From an uncultured delta proteobacterium (lineage in GTDB: Bacteria; Myxococcota; UBA727; VGSZ01): DNA of 64,000 nt. A program made the translations under genes and the position numbers. The notes beneath the pieces are model-generated. The model did no database searches. It was not told the DNA's origin and was given only the letters and a program-made list of their open reading frames with translations. Positions within the stretch are counted from its first letter, which is position 1. The number at the start of each line of letters is the position of its first letter. Shown piece by piece: positions 46,574 to 57,129 of the stretch. The stretch is taken from contig CAVZJB010000005.1 in the NCBI GenBank assembly GCA_963775425.1, positions 544,001 to 608,000 on the forward strand. Direction: 5' to 3'.

Positions 46574-48052
46574 TCACTTGCCGATGCAGAACTTCGAAAA
46601 CACGCGATCGAGCACGTCGCCGTCGATGTCCCTGCCGAGCAAGCGATCCAGGGCGCGGGCGGCGCGGCGGAGCTCGCTCGCGACCACCTCGCCCGCCGCG
46701 CGCCCCGCGAGCGCGTCGACGCCGGCGCCGAGCGCGTCGTGGCAGGCGCGCACGGCCTCCACCTGGCGTTCGCGCATCAAGAGGGCCTCGTCGTCGTCGT
46801 CGCCGCCGCCGTCGCGCAGGCGGGCCGCGAGCGCTCCCCGCAGCGCCTCGAGGCCGGCGCCCGTCCTGGCCGACACGCGGAGCACCGCGCCGGGCGCGAC
46901 GCCGGCCGGCGCCCGCGCGTGGATGAGCGCAGCGGCCGCGTCTTTTAGGAGGTCGGCCTTGGAGAGCACCACGACGTCGCCGCCGAGGGCGCGCGCGCTG
47001 TCGACGGCGCCGGGCTCGTTCGCGGGCACGAGGGCGACGACGACGTCGGCGCGGGCGCGCTCTCCTTCGGCGCGCTCGATGCCCATGCGCTCGACGTCGC
47101 CGGCGTCCCCGAGCGGGCGCACGCCGGCGACGTCGACGAGCGTGACCGGGATGCCGGCGATCTCGAAGGGCGCCTCGAGCACGTCGCGGGTGGTCCCCGG
47201 CTCGTGATGCACGAGCGCGCGCTCCTCGTCGAGCAGCGCGTTCAACAGCGTGCTCTTGCCCGCGTTGGGCGGCCCGTAGAGCACCACGCGCGCGCCCTCG
47301 CGCAGCCGCCGCCCCGTGCGCGCCCCCGCCAACAACGCCGCCGTGGCCGCGCGCGCTTCGCCGAGCCCGCGGGCGAGGTCTTCGAGCCGCGCGTCGCCGA
47401 GCTCCTCGTCGGGGAAGTCGAGGCGCGCCTCGATCTCGGCGAGCGCGTCGACGAGCGCCTCGCGCACGGGTGCGATGCGCGCCGACAGCCCGCCGCGCAA
47501 CGCGCGCAGCGCCGCGCGCGCAGCGGCCTCGGTCTTGGCGTGCACGACGTCGTCGACGGCCTCGGCGGCCACGAGGTCCATGCGCCCCGAGAGCACCGCG
47601 CGCAGCGTGAGCTCGCCGGGCTCGGCCAGGCGGCAGCCGGCGTCCACCAAAGCGCGCAGCACGGCGCGCACGGTGACCGGCGAGCCGTGCAGCGACAGCT
47701 CGAAGCCCGGCTCGCCGGTGTAGCTCCTGCCCGCGGGGAAGCGGACGCACAGCGCTTCGTCGATCGGCGACGGAAGCGAGCGGCCGCCCTCAGGCCCCGC
47801 CGGGCCCGAAGCGGCGGCAGCGCTGCCGTCGTGCCGCGTGGTCGTGTCGCCGGCGCCCGGCCGCCCGCCCGGGGCGATGACGTCACCGAGCGTGGCCACG
47901 AAGTCGCGCTGGCGGCCGCGCCGGGGACGAAAGACGCGGGCGCACACGGCGTGCGCGTCGGGCCCGCTCACGCGCACCACCGCGATGGCCGCGGGGGCGC
48001 TCGCCGTGGCGAGGGCGCAGACGGTGTCCTTGCGCGCGAGGTCGAAGGTCAC
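46574..48052 (-). CDS. mnmE: tRNA modification GTPase MnmE
   Basis: DTVCALAT, SYTGE, LAEPGE, GPPNAGKS, GTTRD, C-terminal FCIGK. Confidence 0.95.
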   Translation of the reverse strand: MTFDLARKDTVCALATASAPAAIAVVRVSGPDAHAVCARVFRPRRGRQRDFVATLGDVIAPGGRPGAGDTTTRHDGSAAAASGPAGPEGGRSLPSPIDEALCVRFPAGRSYTGEPGFELSLHGSPVTVRAVLRALVDAGCRLAEPGELTLRAVLSGRMDLVAAEAVDDVVHAKTEAAARAALRALRGGLSARIAPVREALVDALAEIEARLDFPDEELGDARLEDLARGLGEARAATAALLAGARTGRRLREGARVVLYGPPNAGKSTLLNALLDEERALVHHEPGTTRDVLEAPFEIAGIPVTLVDVAGVRPLGDAGDVERMGIERAEGERARADVVVALVPANEPGAVDSARALGGDVVVLSKADLLKDAAAALIHARAPAGVAPGAVLRVSARTGAGLEALRGALAARLRDGGGDDDDEALLMRERQVEAVRACHDALGAGVDALAGRAAGEVVASELRRAARALDRLLGRDIDGDVLDRVFSKFCIGK

Positions 48053-48063
48053 CCCCGCTCCGG

Positions 48064-49128
48064 CTACGGCAGCGACGCCGGGAGGAACACGACGGAGGTC
48101 GCGCCGCCGGGCAGCGTGGTGGCCGGGGCGCCGGCGTCGTCGAGGACGTGGGCGTGGGCGTTGGTGTACTCGTCGCCGACGATGAAATAGCCGGCGGCGG
48201 ACGACGCGACCGAGAGCTGCGTGGCCTTGGCCTCGGCGATGCGCTTCTTTTTGCCGGTCTTGCAGCCGGGCTCACAGAGATAGACGGGGCGCGTGCAGTG
48301 GCGCGAGTCGCCCATGACGCCGGAGATGGCGAGCATGTGCTTGTCGCCCACCGGCAGGACGCAGATGTCGTCGGGGCTGCCCAGGAGCTCCTTGAGTCCC
48401 GGCGTCTCGTCGCCGCAGTGGATGGGCCCGGTGCCGAGGCACGTGGACGCATCGAGGAGATCCGCGAGCGCCACCACGCCCGCTCTCTTCGAAGGTCGCT
48501 GGAGCACGTCGACGCCGGGGGTATCGCCGGCCTCGATCTTGGTGGGGACGGCCTGCAGGCGCTCCCACTTGCCCGCGGTCCCGGCGCGACCGGCGGCGCC
48601 GCGGAGCTCGACGAGGATGGCCATGGCCGGCGTGCCCCACGACGGGAACCACTCCGGCGCGTCGTAGCTCTTCCCCTCGAAGCGCACCGAGACCTTCCCG
48701 CCGAGGCTCGCGACGTCGTCGTCCTTCACCGGCACGACGTAGCTCGCGCGCACCGCGCCGCCGGCGTCGATCCACAGGCGCACGAGCGCGGGTGCGGGCA
48801 GCGGACCCATGTCGTGGGCGGCGCCGCCGTGAAGCGGGCGCCACCACAGGTGTCCGCCCTCGGTGGACCAGATGCGCCCGGCGCGGACGTCCCAGAGCAC
48901 CTCGTCGGGGCAGGCCGACGTCGTAGAGAACAGCACGCGGTCGTCGCCGTCGGGCAACGTCCGCACCTTGGCCGTGCAGGTCTTCCCCTCGGGCTCGAGG
49001 AAGAACACGCGCGCCGCCGGCGCCGCGTGCGCCGCCCCCGCCGCCAGCGTCGCCAGCGTCACCGCCAGCGCCGCGGCGCCCCGGAGCGGCGTGCGCGCCG
49101 CAGCACCGGCCGCGCGCTCCGGCACCAT
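48064..49128 (-). CDS. Hypothetical exported protein between mnmG and mnmE
   Basis: ATG overlaps the mnmG stop (TGATG); signal peptide ending AHA; beta-rich, Cys-containing. Confidence 0.7.
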   Translation of the reverse strand: MVPERAAGAAARTPLRGAAALAVTLATLAAGAAHAAPAARVFFLEPEGKTCTAKVRTLPDGDDRVLFSTTSACPDEVLWDVRAGRIWSTEGGHLWWRPLHGGAAHDMGPLPAPALVRLWIDAGGAVRASYVVPVKDDDVASLGGKVSVRFEGKSYDAPEWFPSWGTPAMAILVELRGAAGRAGTAGKWERLQAVPTKIEAGDTPGVDVLQRPSKRAGVVALADLLDASTCLGTGPIHCGDETPGLKELLGSPDDICVLPVGDKHMLAISGVMGDSRHCTRPVYLCEPGCKTGKKKRIAEAKATQLSVASSAAGYFIVGDEYTNAHAHVLDDAGAPATTLPGGATSVVFLPASLP

Positions 49129-51093
49129 CACGACGCGCTCCGGCGTCGCACCTCGACGGCGAGCAGCCCGAGCGCCGCGGGTGTCACCCCCGAGATGCGC
49201 GACGCCTGCCCGAGCGTTCGTGGGCGCAGGCGCGCGAGCTTCTCGTGCACCTCGTGGCTGATGCCGGGCAGCCGCTCGTTGAACAGCGCGTCCGGCAGCG
49301 TCTCGTCCTCGAGCACGCGATCGCGGACCAGGTCCCTCTGCGCGCGCTCGATGTAGCCGGCGTACTTCACCTCGACCTCCACGCGCGACAGCACGCGCCA
49401 GCGGTCCGCGCCGTCCCCGGCGGCGGACGCGCCGCGCGCCGCCACGAGCTCCGCGGGCTCGCGGTGCGCGCCATCCTCGAGCGCCAGCAGCAGGGCGGGG
49501 CTCACCTCGGGGCGCCGCAGCAACTGCAGCAGCGTGAGCGGCTCGCGCATGGGCGCGCCGCCGGCGGCCGTCAACAAGGCGTTGCGCGCCTCGGTGACGT
49601 CGAGCCGCACCGCGCCCAGGCGCGACAGCTCCGCGGCCACGGCGTCCTCGAACGCGCGCATCCGCGACACGCGCGCGGCGTCCGCGAGGCCGACGCGCGC
49701 GGCGACGTCGAGCAGGCGCGCGGAGGCGTTGTCCTCGCGCAGCAGGAGCCGGTGCTCCGCGCGCGAGGTGAACATGCGGTAGGGCTCGTCGGTGCCCTTG
49801 AGCACGAGGTCGTCGACGAGGACGCCGGCGTAGGCCTGGTCCCGCCGCAGCACCACGGCGCTGTTGCCCGAGGGATCGTCGAGGGAGCGCGCGGCGTTGA
49901 TGCCGGCGAGCAGCCCTTGCACCGCGGCCTCCTCGTAGCCCGTGGTGCCGTTGAGCTGCCCCGCGCAATACAGGCCGGCGATGTCCTTGGTCTCGAGGGA
50001 GTGCGCGAGCTGCGTGGGCTCGACGTAGTCGTACTCGACCGCGTAGCCCCAACGCGTGACCTCGACCTCCTCGAGGCCCGGCAGCGTGCGCAGGAACGAG
50101 ATTCTGGACGCCCGGCGGCAGCGACGTCGACAGGCCGTTTGGATAGACCTCGAACGTGTCGAGGCCGTGCGGCTCGAGGAACACGAGGTGCGAGTCCTTC
50201 TCGGAGAAGCGCACCACCTTGTCCTCGACGGACGGGCAGTAGCGCGGCCCGCGCCCGCCGATCTGGCCGTTGAACAGCGGCGCCGCCCCCTCCGCCACCG
50301 CCGCGCGAATCACCTCGTGCGTGCGCGCGGTGGTCCGCGTGAGGCGGCACGACACCTGGGGCAGCGGCGGCGGACCGCTGTCGAAGGAGAAGCGCGGCGC
50401 GGGCGCGTCCGGCGTCTGCTCGGGGAGCGCCTCCATGCGGATGGTGCGCGCGTCGAGGCGCGGGCAGGTGCCGGTCTTCAGGCGCCCGAGCGACAGGCCG
50501 TGGGCCTGCAGCGAGGCCGACAGCCCCGCCGCCGGCGCCTCGCCTGCGCGGCCCCCGGGGCTGGTGTCGGCGCCGCGGTGCAGCAGGCCCCCGAGGAACG
50601 TCCCCGTCGTGAGGATCACGCGTCGCGCGCGGAGCAGCTCGCCGCTCCGCGTGCGCACGCCGGCCACGCGTGCGCGGCCGCCGTCGTCTTCGACGACGAG
50701 CTCGACGACGTCGTCCTGGCGCAGGCGCAGGCCCGCCGTGGTGACGACGACGCGGCGCATGGCGGCGGCGTAGCGGTCCATGTCGCTCTGGCAACGCGTG
50801 GCGCGCACGGCGGGGCCGCGTGACTCGTTGAGCGTGCGGGAGTGGATGCCGGTGTCGTCGGCGACGCGCGCCATCTCGCCGCCGAGCACGTCGAGCTCCT
50901 TGACGAGGTGCCCCTTGCCGACGCCGCCGATCGCGGGGTTGCACGACATGGCGGCGATGCGATCGAGGGAGCCCGTGACGAGCACGGTGTCCTTGCCGAG
51001 GCGCGCGCACGCGAGCGCCGCCTCGCAGCCTGCGTGGCCACCGCCCACGATCAGGACGTCGGCCTCGCGACTTCCGATAAAGCCCCTCGTCAT
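49128..51093 (-). pseudogene. mnmG: tRNA modification enzyme MnmG (GidA), split by a single-base frameshift at about 50102 (real or sequencing error)
   Basis: N-half GGGHAGCEAA, MSCNPAIGG, GPRYCPSVEDK, YPNGLSTSLP; C-half in another frame [40 protein letters not shown]. Confidence 0.9.
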
Positions 51094-51159
51094 GCGAGTG
51101 TTGTTGCGCAGGTGACGCGACTCGCCAACGGGAATGTGGGGCATATCTTGTCGCAGCTC

Positions 51160-51897
51160 ATGAGCCGAACCGTTCTCCCTCCCGCACGCATTCCGTCGCG
51201 CCGCGCGGTCGGGGCGCGCGCCTGCTTCCGGTCGGCTCTCGTCGCCGTCGCCGTCGCCGCCGCGGCCGTCGCCTTCGGCGCCGCGCCCGCGCACGCACAG
51301 TTCCGGAACCAGGGCGTGTTCCTGCCGGCCGGCGGCTACTTCATGCTCGGAACGTGGGACCGCATCCTCCACGGGGGGAGCCCCGCGGCGCAGAACCTCC
51401 AGATACCCGACGCCGCGCCGCAGTCGGGTTGGAACCTCAACGACGAGCCGCAGATCGGCGCCGGCTACTTCCACGCCATCGGCTACGACCTGTGGTGGGA
51501 CTTCACGGCCTGCATCGGCTTCTGGAACACCGTCATCGACCTCGGCGCCACCAACACGCCGGTCATCACGGTGCTGTCGTCGGGCGGCCTGCGCTACAAC
51601 TTCCTCGAGGAGCGCGTGCGGCCGTTCGTCGCCGTCCACCTCGACTACCTCCAGGTGATCGCCTTCCCCGACGCCGGCGCCACCGCGCCCGTCCCCGGCA
51701 ACGGCTTCCTCGGCAACACGCCGTTCTTCATCGGCGTGCGGCCCGCGGGCGGCGTCGAGTGGATCTTCGGTGACGAGATAGGCGCCATGATCGAAGCGGG
51801 GCCGGACCTGTTCCTCGTGCCGGACAAGGACCGCGGCCTCGGCGGCCTCTTCCTGCCCGCCGCCGTCGTCCGCGGCGCCGTCACCATCTACTTCTAG
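51160..51897 (+). CDS. Outer-membrane beta-barrel-like protein
   Basis: Signal peptide ending AHA, GLRYNFLEERVRPFV, C-terminal YF. Confidence 0.75.
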   Translation: MSRTVLPPARIPSRRAVGARACFRSALVAVAVAAAAVAFGAAPAHAQFRNQGVFLPAGGYFMLGTWDRILHGGSPAAQNLQIPDAAPQSGWNLNDEPQIGAGYFHAIGYDLWWDFTACIGFWNTVIDLGATNTPVITVLSSGGLRYNFLEERVRPFVAVHLDYLQVIAFPDAGATAPVPGNGFLGNTPFFIGVRPAGGVEWIFGDEIGAMIEAGPDLFLVPDKDRGLGGLFLPAAVVRGAVTIYF

Positions 51898-52391
51898 CGG
51901 TGCGGGTGGTGGTCGTGGCCGCGCCGCGCGTGCGGCCGCTGCGGCGCCGTCTGCTCCTCTTCGACGGCGGTCATCGCCGCCTCCATCTGCGCGCCGAGGG
52001 CGAGCAGCTCGTCGTCACCGAGGGTCTGCGCGAGGGGGAAGATGACCTGCTCCTCCTCCTCGAGGTGTTTGTCGAGGAGCTCGGCGAGCACCGAGATCCT
52101 GGCGCGGAAGCGGCGGTCGCTGGTGTCGAGCGACGGGAGCTCCTCGAGGAGCAGGCTCACCACGTGGTGCTCCTCGTAGGCCTCGTCGATCACCTCTTCG
52201 GCGCGGCGCGTGCCGACGGCGCGCACCGCCGGATAGAAGATGTCCTCTTCGATCTGCGTGTGGACGAACAGCAGCATGCCGAGGTCCTCGAGGACCGCGC
52301 GCCGCGCCGTGTTCCCCTCCGCGTGCTCGGCTTTGCGAAGGAGGCTTTTCACCTCGTGGTGCTGCCGCCCGAGAAGATCCGTGGCTCTCAT
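51894..52391 (-). CDS. Hemerythrin/HHE domain protein
   Basis: GAGGAGG RBS; QH, HTQIEEDIFYP, EEHH, HLEEEEQVIFP. Confidence 0.9.
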   Translation of the reverse strand: MRATDLLGRQHHEVKSLLRKAEHAEGNTARRAVLEDLGMLLFVHTQIEEDIFYPAVRAVGTRRAEEVIDEAYEEHHVVSLLLEELPSLDTSDRRFRARISVLAELLDKHLEEEEQVIFPLAQTLGDDELLALGAQMEAAMTAVEEEQTAPQRPHARRGHDHHPHR

Positions 52392-52567
52392 GTCGACAAA
52401 CCTCCTCGGAGATCCATGCACGAAGCCGGCCCGCGAACGCCCGCGACGTCGTCGAAGACCGCCGGTGGGGCGGTGCGCGGGGGCGCAGAGGCGCGGGCCC
52501 TTTGGCGCACGGCCCGCCGTGGACGTGCGCCTTTGTCCTCGCGGCACCGGGATGGTACGTGTGGGCC

Positions 52568-53845
52568 ATGTCGCGCACCGTCGTCGCCGCCGCCTTGTCC
52601 GCGCTCCTCGTGTCCGCGGGTTGCCTGAGCCCCCCGGGCGTGGGGCGCGCCGCCGACCCCGCCCACGCCGACGGCCCCGCGCCGTGGGGCTCGGCCACCA
52701 CCAACGCCGAGCTCGACAAGAAGGTGAAGCTCCTGAACGACATCCTCGACGGCAAGCTCAAGCCCGTCGACCTGCCCGCGCGCGTCGAGAAGGACTGGCC
52801 GAAGATGTCCGCCGACGAGCGCAAGAAGTCGCTCGAGGGCATCAGCGATCTGATGGAGGACCTCAAGTCTGCGGGCAAGGCCGGCACCGCCATCCCGCCG
52901 GGGCCCGATCGCGACATGGCCATGGCGCAGCTCTACTTCGGCGAGCGCCGCTTCATCGAGGCCGCCGAGCTGCTCTCCGGCATCCTCGACAAAAACCCCA
53001 TCTACCCAGGCGCGCGCAACCTGCTCGCGCGCTGCTTCTTCTTCCTGCAAAACCGCGATCGCACCATCACGGAGCTCGAGTTCGTGCTGCAGGACAAGGA
53101 GCAGCAGAAGGACAAAAACGAGGTCCTCGACGCGCTCTTCCTCATGGGCGCCGCCGTCGCCGAGACGCCGGGCATGTCGCGCGAGAACATGGAGAAGGGC
53201 AAGCACGCCTGGGAGACCTATCTGCAGCTCGCGCCGGACAGCCCGCAGAAGGGACAGGTCGAAAAGGGCCTCAAGGACATCGAGGCCGGCCTGCGCGGCG
53301 AGGGGCGCCTGGCGCAGCCGCTCATCCCCACGTCGAGCGCCGCCCCCGCGGACTCGGGCGGCAGGCAAGCCGTGATGGGCGGCCCCGCGCAGCCGGTGCC
53401 CATGGGCCCGGGCTCCGCGCCGCCCGAGGAGAAAGAGAGCCGCGTCGCGCAGCTCAAGCCCGACGCCACGCCCGCCGAGCGTGAGCTCGCCGAGGGGCTC
53501 GACGCGCTCGCCGAGCGCGACCTCGGCACCGCGGAGCAGAAGCTCAAGGCCGCCGCCGACGCCACCACCGGTCGCGCGCAGTCGGAGGCGCGCGTGGGGC
53601 TCGCGCGCGTCTACGTGCAGACCGGCCGCATCCAGGACGCCGTGCGGGGCTTCGGCGAGGTCATCAAGGTCGACCCCGACTACATGCCCGCGTGGCACTA
53701 CCTCGGCATGGCGCACATGATGTCCGGCGATCCCGAGCAGGCGGCGAGCGCCTGGCAGAAGATCGTCGACAAGGATCCCGCGTACGCGCAGAAGTTCCAC
53801 CTCGATCAGCGCATCGAGGTCGCCAAGCGCATGGCCGGGAAATAG
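52568..53845 (+). CDS. TPR-repeat lipoprotein
   Basis: Lipobox SAGC; multiple TPRs (YLQLAPDSP, DPDYMPAWHYLG). Confidence 0.85.
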   Translation: MSRTVVAAALSALLVSAGCLSPPGVGRAADPAHADGPAPWGSATTNAELDKKVKLLNDILDGKLKPVDLPARVEKDWPKMSADERKKSLEGISDLMEDLKSAGKAGTAIPPGPDRDMAMAQLYFGERRFIEAAELLSGILDKNPIYPGARNLLARCFFFLQNRDRTITELEFVLQDKEQQKDKNEVLDALFLMGAAVAETPGMSRENMEKGKHAWETYLQLAPDSPQKGQVEKGLKDIEAGLRGEGRLAQPLIPTSSAAPADSGGRQAVMGGPAQPVPMGPGSAPPEEKESRVAQLKPDATPAERELAEGLDALAERDLGTAEQKLKAAADATTGRAQSEARVGLARVYVQTGRIQDAVRGFGEVIKVDPDYMPAWHYLGMAHMMSGDPEQAASAWQKIVDKDPAYAQKFHLDQRIEVAKRMAGK

Positions 53846-53976
53846 CCGTCGTTGTGAGGCGCGTGTGCCGCGCGCATCCGCGCGGCCCGCATGTGGCGCG
53901 CGCACATCTCGACTGGCGCTCCCGTTGACGTGGGGTACAACGCGAGCACTGCGGCTTGCCGTCATAGGGGTGCTCG

Positions 53977-55680
53977 ATGTTGCGCGTGTTGCTCGTGTCC
54001 GTCGCGTTGGTCACGTTGTCGTCGTCGTTGGGCTGCAGCTCGTGCGGCGGATCCGCGGAAGGCGAGGGCGAAGGAGAGGGCGACGCCGGCGAAGGCGAAG
54101 GCGAAGGCGAAGGCGAGGGCGAAGGCGAGGGCGAGGGTGAAGGCGAGCTCCTGGTGAGCGACGAGGCGCGCGAGCTCTGCCAGATCTACGAGCGCGGGGT
54201 GGCGTCGTTCACGATCCAGGTGGTCGGCGCGCTGGGGACGCCCCAGCGCTGCGTCGCCGCCGACATCGTCCCTGTCGATCCGTCACAGTTCAACGACGTC
54301 GCCGTGCAGGCCTGCGCCGACGACGCCTTCCAGGTGAACCAGGACTTCGAGCTCGCCATCGAGGGCGGCCGCGTCACGTTCGACATCGCGGCCGTGCGCG
54401 CCTGCTCCGCGCTCGACGTCGCCCAGCTCGCCGCCGACGGCGCCACCGAGCTCCCGCCCGAGTGCGCGCTCGACGCGCTCTTCACGTCCCACGGGCAGCA
54501 GGGCGATCCCTGCGCGCAGGACTGGGATTGCTCGGGTGAGCTGCACTGCGAGGCCGACGTCCTCACCGTCGACGAGCTCACCTGCCTGCCGCCCGCGCAG
54601 CAGGGCGAGGCGTGCCTCGACGCCGTCGACGGCGGGCTCATCCCGACCACGCTGCCGGTGCGCTCGTGCGACACCAACCTCACCTGCACCGACTTCGCCT
54701 GCGTGCCCAAGGCCGGCACCGGCGCCGCCTGCAGCGTCTCCGACGACTGCCAGGACGGGCTGCGCTGCAACACCGCCGTCACGCCGAGCGTGTGCGCCGC
54801 CAGGTCGGACGCGGGTCAGCCGTGCGGCAGCGACGCCGACTGCGCCGACGCCGCGCCGCGCTGCTCGCCCGCGGGCACGTGCGCTGCGCCGCTCGACGAC
54901 GGCGCCGCGTGCGACGCCGCCGCCGACGTCTGCGGCACGCAGTGCTCGGTGTGCCGTCCCGTCACGGCGGGCGGCGCGACGACGACGTGTCAGGACCGCG
55001 CCCTCTCCGGCGGCGCCTGCGCCACGAGCGGCGACTGCGGACACGGCTTCGTGTGCGACGACGGCTCGCACCAGTGCGTCGCGGGCGGCGCCGCCGGCGC
55101 GTCGTGCGCCGCCAGCGACGATTGCCTCGACGGTCTCGTCTGCGGCGGCACCAACTTCGACACCTGCGTGACGCAGCCCGACCTCGGCGACGCTTGCGGC
55201 GCCGACACCACCACGTCGTGCAAGCAGGGCGCGTGCTCCGGTGGCACCTGCGTCGCCGGCAACGCGGGCGACGCCTGCGACAGCGACAGCGTGTGTCAGG
55301 GCGGCCTGCTCTGTGACGCCACGGCGCAGCAGTGCGCCGCCGCGCCCACGAGCGGCGCTTGCTCCCTCGACGGCGCCTGCGCCGACGGCTTCACCTGCGA
55401 CGACGGCGACACCTGCGTCGCGCTCCCCGGCCTGGGCGAGACCTGCGTCGGCGCCGCCGGCGACTGCGGCGCGGGCCTGTTCTGCGACGACACCACCACC
55501 TGCCAGGCGCAGAAGGACCCCGGCTCCACCTGCACCGCAGACGACGAGTGCACCGGTGTCTGCGTCAACGGCACCTGCAGCGCGGTCGGCCCCTCTTGCA
55601 CGTCGAGCAAGGAGTTCTTCCCGATCTTCGTGATCCTCTCCCTCGTGCCGCCGACCCTGCGCCGCCTCAAGCGCCGCTGA
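53977..55680 (+). CDS. Cys-rich repeat surface protein with GE linker and C-terminal membrane anchor
   Basis: Lipobox SLGC, (GE)n, about 10 GxxCxxxxDCxxGLxC modules, terminal hydrophobic stretch + RRLKRR. Confidence 0.85.
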   Translation: MLRVLLVSVALVTLSSSLGCSSCGGSAEGEGEGEGDAGEGEGEGEGEGEGEGEGEGELLVSDEARELCQIYERGVASFTIQVVGALGTPQRCVAADIVPVDPSQFNDVAVQACADDAFQVNQDFELAIEGGRVTFDIAAVRACSALDVAQLAADGATELPPECALDALFTSHGQQGDPCAQDWDCSGELHCEADVLTVDELTCLPPAQQGEACLDAVDGGLIPTTLPVRSCDTNLTCTDFACVPKAGTGAACSVSDDCQDGLRCNTAVTPSVCAARSDAGQPCGSDADCADAAPRCSPAGTCAAPLDDGAACDAAADVCGTQCSVCRPVTAGGATTTCQDRALSGGACATSGDCGHGFVCDDGSHQCVAGGAAGASCAASDDCLDGLVCGGTNFDTCVTQPDLGDACGADTTTSCKQGACSGGTCVAGNAGDACDSDSVCQGGLLCDATAQQCAAAPTSGACSLDGACADGFTCDDGDTCVALPGLGETCVGAAGDCGAGLFCDDTTTCQAQKDPGSTCTADDECTGVCVNGTCSAVGPSCTSSKEFFPIFVILSLVPPTLRRLKRR

Positions 55681-55719
55681 GCTCGGTACCTTCGCGGGCC
55701 CGGCCGAGCGCGTCGCCCG

Positions 55720-57129
55720 TCAGGCGCTCGTCGCCGTGAGCGGGAGCTGGCGCTCGTCGCGGATGATCTCTTCGAACACCTCCGGAACGAGCAGGGCCTC
55801 GTCGACGGCGGCGCGCGCCTGGCCCGCCCGCACCGCGGCGAGCGCGACGGCGGCCGCGACTTTGGCGTGCACGCCCTCGTCGAGCGGCGTGGGCACGAGG
55901 TCGCCCTCCTCCGCCGAGGCGGCGAGGATGATGGCGGCGGCCATCTTCATCTCGTCGGAGATGGCCGTGGCCTTCACGGCGAGCGCGCCGAGCAACACGC
56001 CCGGCACCGCCACGGCGCTGGAGATGGCTTTGCCGTCGGCGGCGAAGGCGGCGCCCGCGAGCTGCGCGTCGTAGGGCTCGATCTCCGGCCGCGGCTCCGA
56101 CAGCGCGATGATCACCTGGCCCTCGCGCACCTGCGACGGCGCGATGACGCCCGTGTGCCCGGTGTTGGCGACCACGACGTCGGCGGCGGCCATGATCTCG
56201 TCGATGCCCGCCGTCTTTCCGCCGGCCGAGACGTGCCGCGAGATGGCGGCGGGGTGCACGTCGTCGCCGATCACGGGGTTGCCGGTGTGCTTCATCACCA
56301 GGCGCGCGATGGCGCCGCCGGCCGTGCCGAGACCGATCTGCCCGATGACCGCCTTGTGCAGGTCGAGGTGCGCGCGCCTGCATGCGTTGATGACCGCGGC
56401 GAGGCCGACGATGGCCGGGCTGTCGGCGTCGTCGTGGTACACGGGCATCTTCAGCCGGTCCGCGATCTTGGTGGCGCAGCGCGGGCCGCGCGGCGCGGCG
56501 ATGGAGTCGAGGATGACGGCGCCGAACGAGGGCGCCAACGCGCACACGGTGTCGCAGAGCTGCTCCTCGCTGTCGACGTCGAGGCACAACGGCAGCGACG
56601 ACAACCCCGCCAGGCTCGCGAGCAGCATGGCCTTGCCCTCGACCACCGGCAGCATCGCGCGCGGGTGCACCTTGCCGAGCCCGACGAGGCCGCTGCCGTC
56701 GGTGACGACCGCGACGGTGCGGTCGACGCTGGTGAAGACGTCGGCGAGGCTCGGCTCGTCCTCGATGGCCTGCACCACCTCGCGGACGCCCGGCGTGTAC
56801 GCCGACGAGAGCCGCGCGAGCCCCGTGAGGTCCACGCGGGAGCGCGTGCGGATCTTCCCGCCGAGGTGCGCGTCGCGCACGGTGTCGCGCACGGCGACAA
56901 TCTCGCTCTCGCGCAGGTCGCGCAGGGTGTCGAGCACGTGCGCGAGGTGCTCCTCGTCGTCGAGCAGCAGGTGGAAGTCTCGCAGCGTGTAGTTGTGGCC
57001 GATGCGGATGGTGTTGATCTCGCCGATGGACGCACCCGCGTCGCCGAGGGCGCTCGTGAGGATGCCGAGGCCGCCCGCCTTGCGCCGCGAGCGGATGCGC
57101 AACGTGCGCACGAGTCCGGTGCTGCTCAC
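55720..57129 (-). CDS. ACT-domain malic enzyme-like protein with divergent active site
   Basis: ACT N-terminus, HLGGKI, YTPGV, VVTDGS, EGKA, HDD, GLGTAG, ISDEMKMAAA. Confidence 0.8.
   Translation of the reverse strand: MSSTGLVRTLRIRSRRKAGGLGILTSALGDAGASIGEINTIRIGHNYTLRDFHLLLDDEEHLAHVLDTLRDLRESEIVAVRDTVRDAHLGGKIRTRSRVDLTGLARLSSAYTPGVREVVQAIEDEPSLADVFTSVDRTVAVVTDGSGLVGLGKVHPRAMLPVVEGKAMLLASLAGLSSLPLCLDVDSEEQLCDTVCALAPSFGAVILDSIAAPRGPRCATKIADRLKMPVYHDDADSPAIVGLAAVINACRRAHLDLHKAVIGQIGLGTAGGAIARLVMKHTGNPVIGDDVHPAAISRHVSAGGKTAGIDEIMAAADVVVANTGHTGVIAPSQVREGQVIIALSEPRPEIEPYDAQLAGAAFAADGKAISSAVAVPGVLLGALAVKATAISDEMKMAAAIILAASAEEGDLVPTPLDEGVHAKVAAAVALAAVRAGQARAAVDEALLVPEVFEEIIRDERQLPLTATSA

Noticed and set aside
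48064-51639. 1191-aa ORF that looks like a MnmG fusion protein
   Set aside because: Artefact of the frameshift at about 50102, joining the MnmG N-half, an out-of-frame stretch and the separate gene 48064-49128
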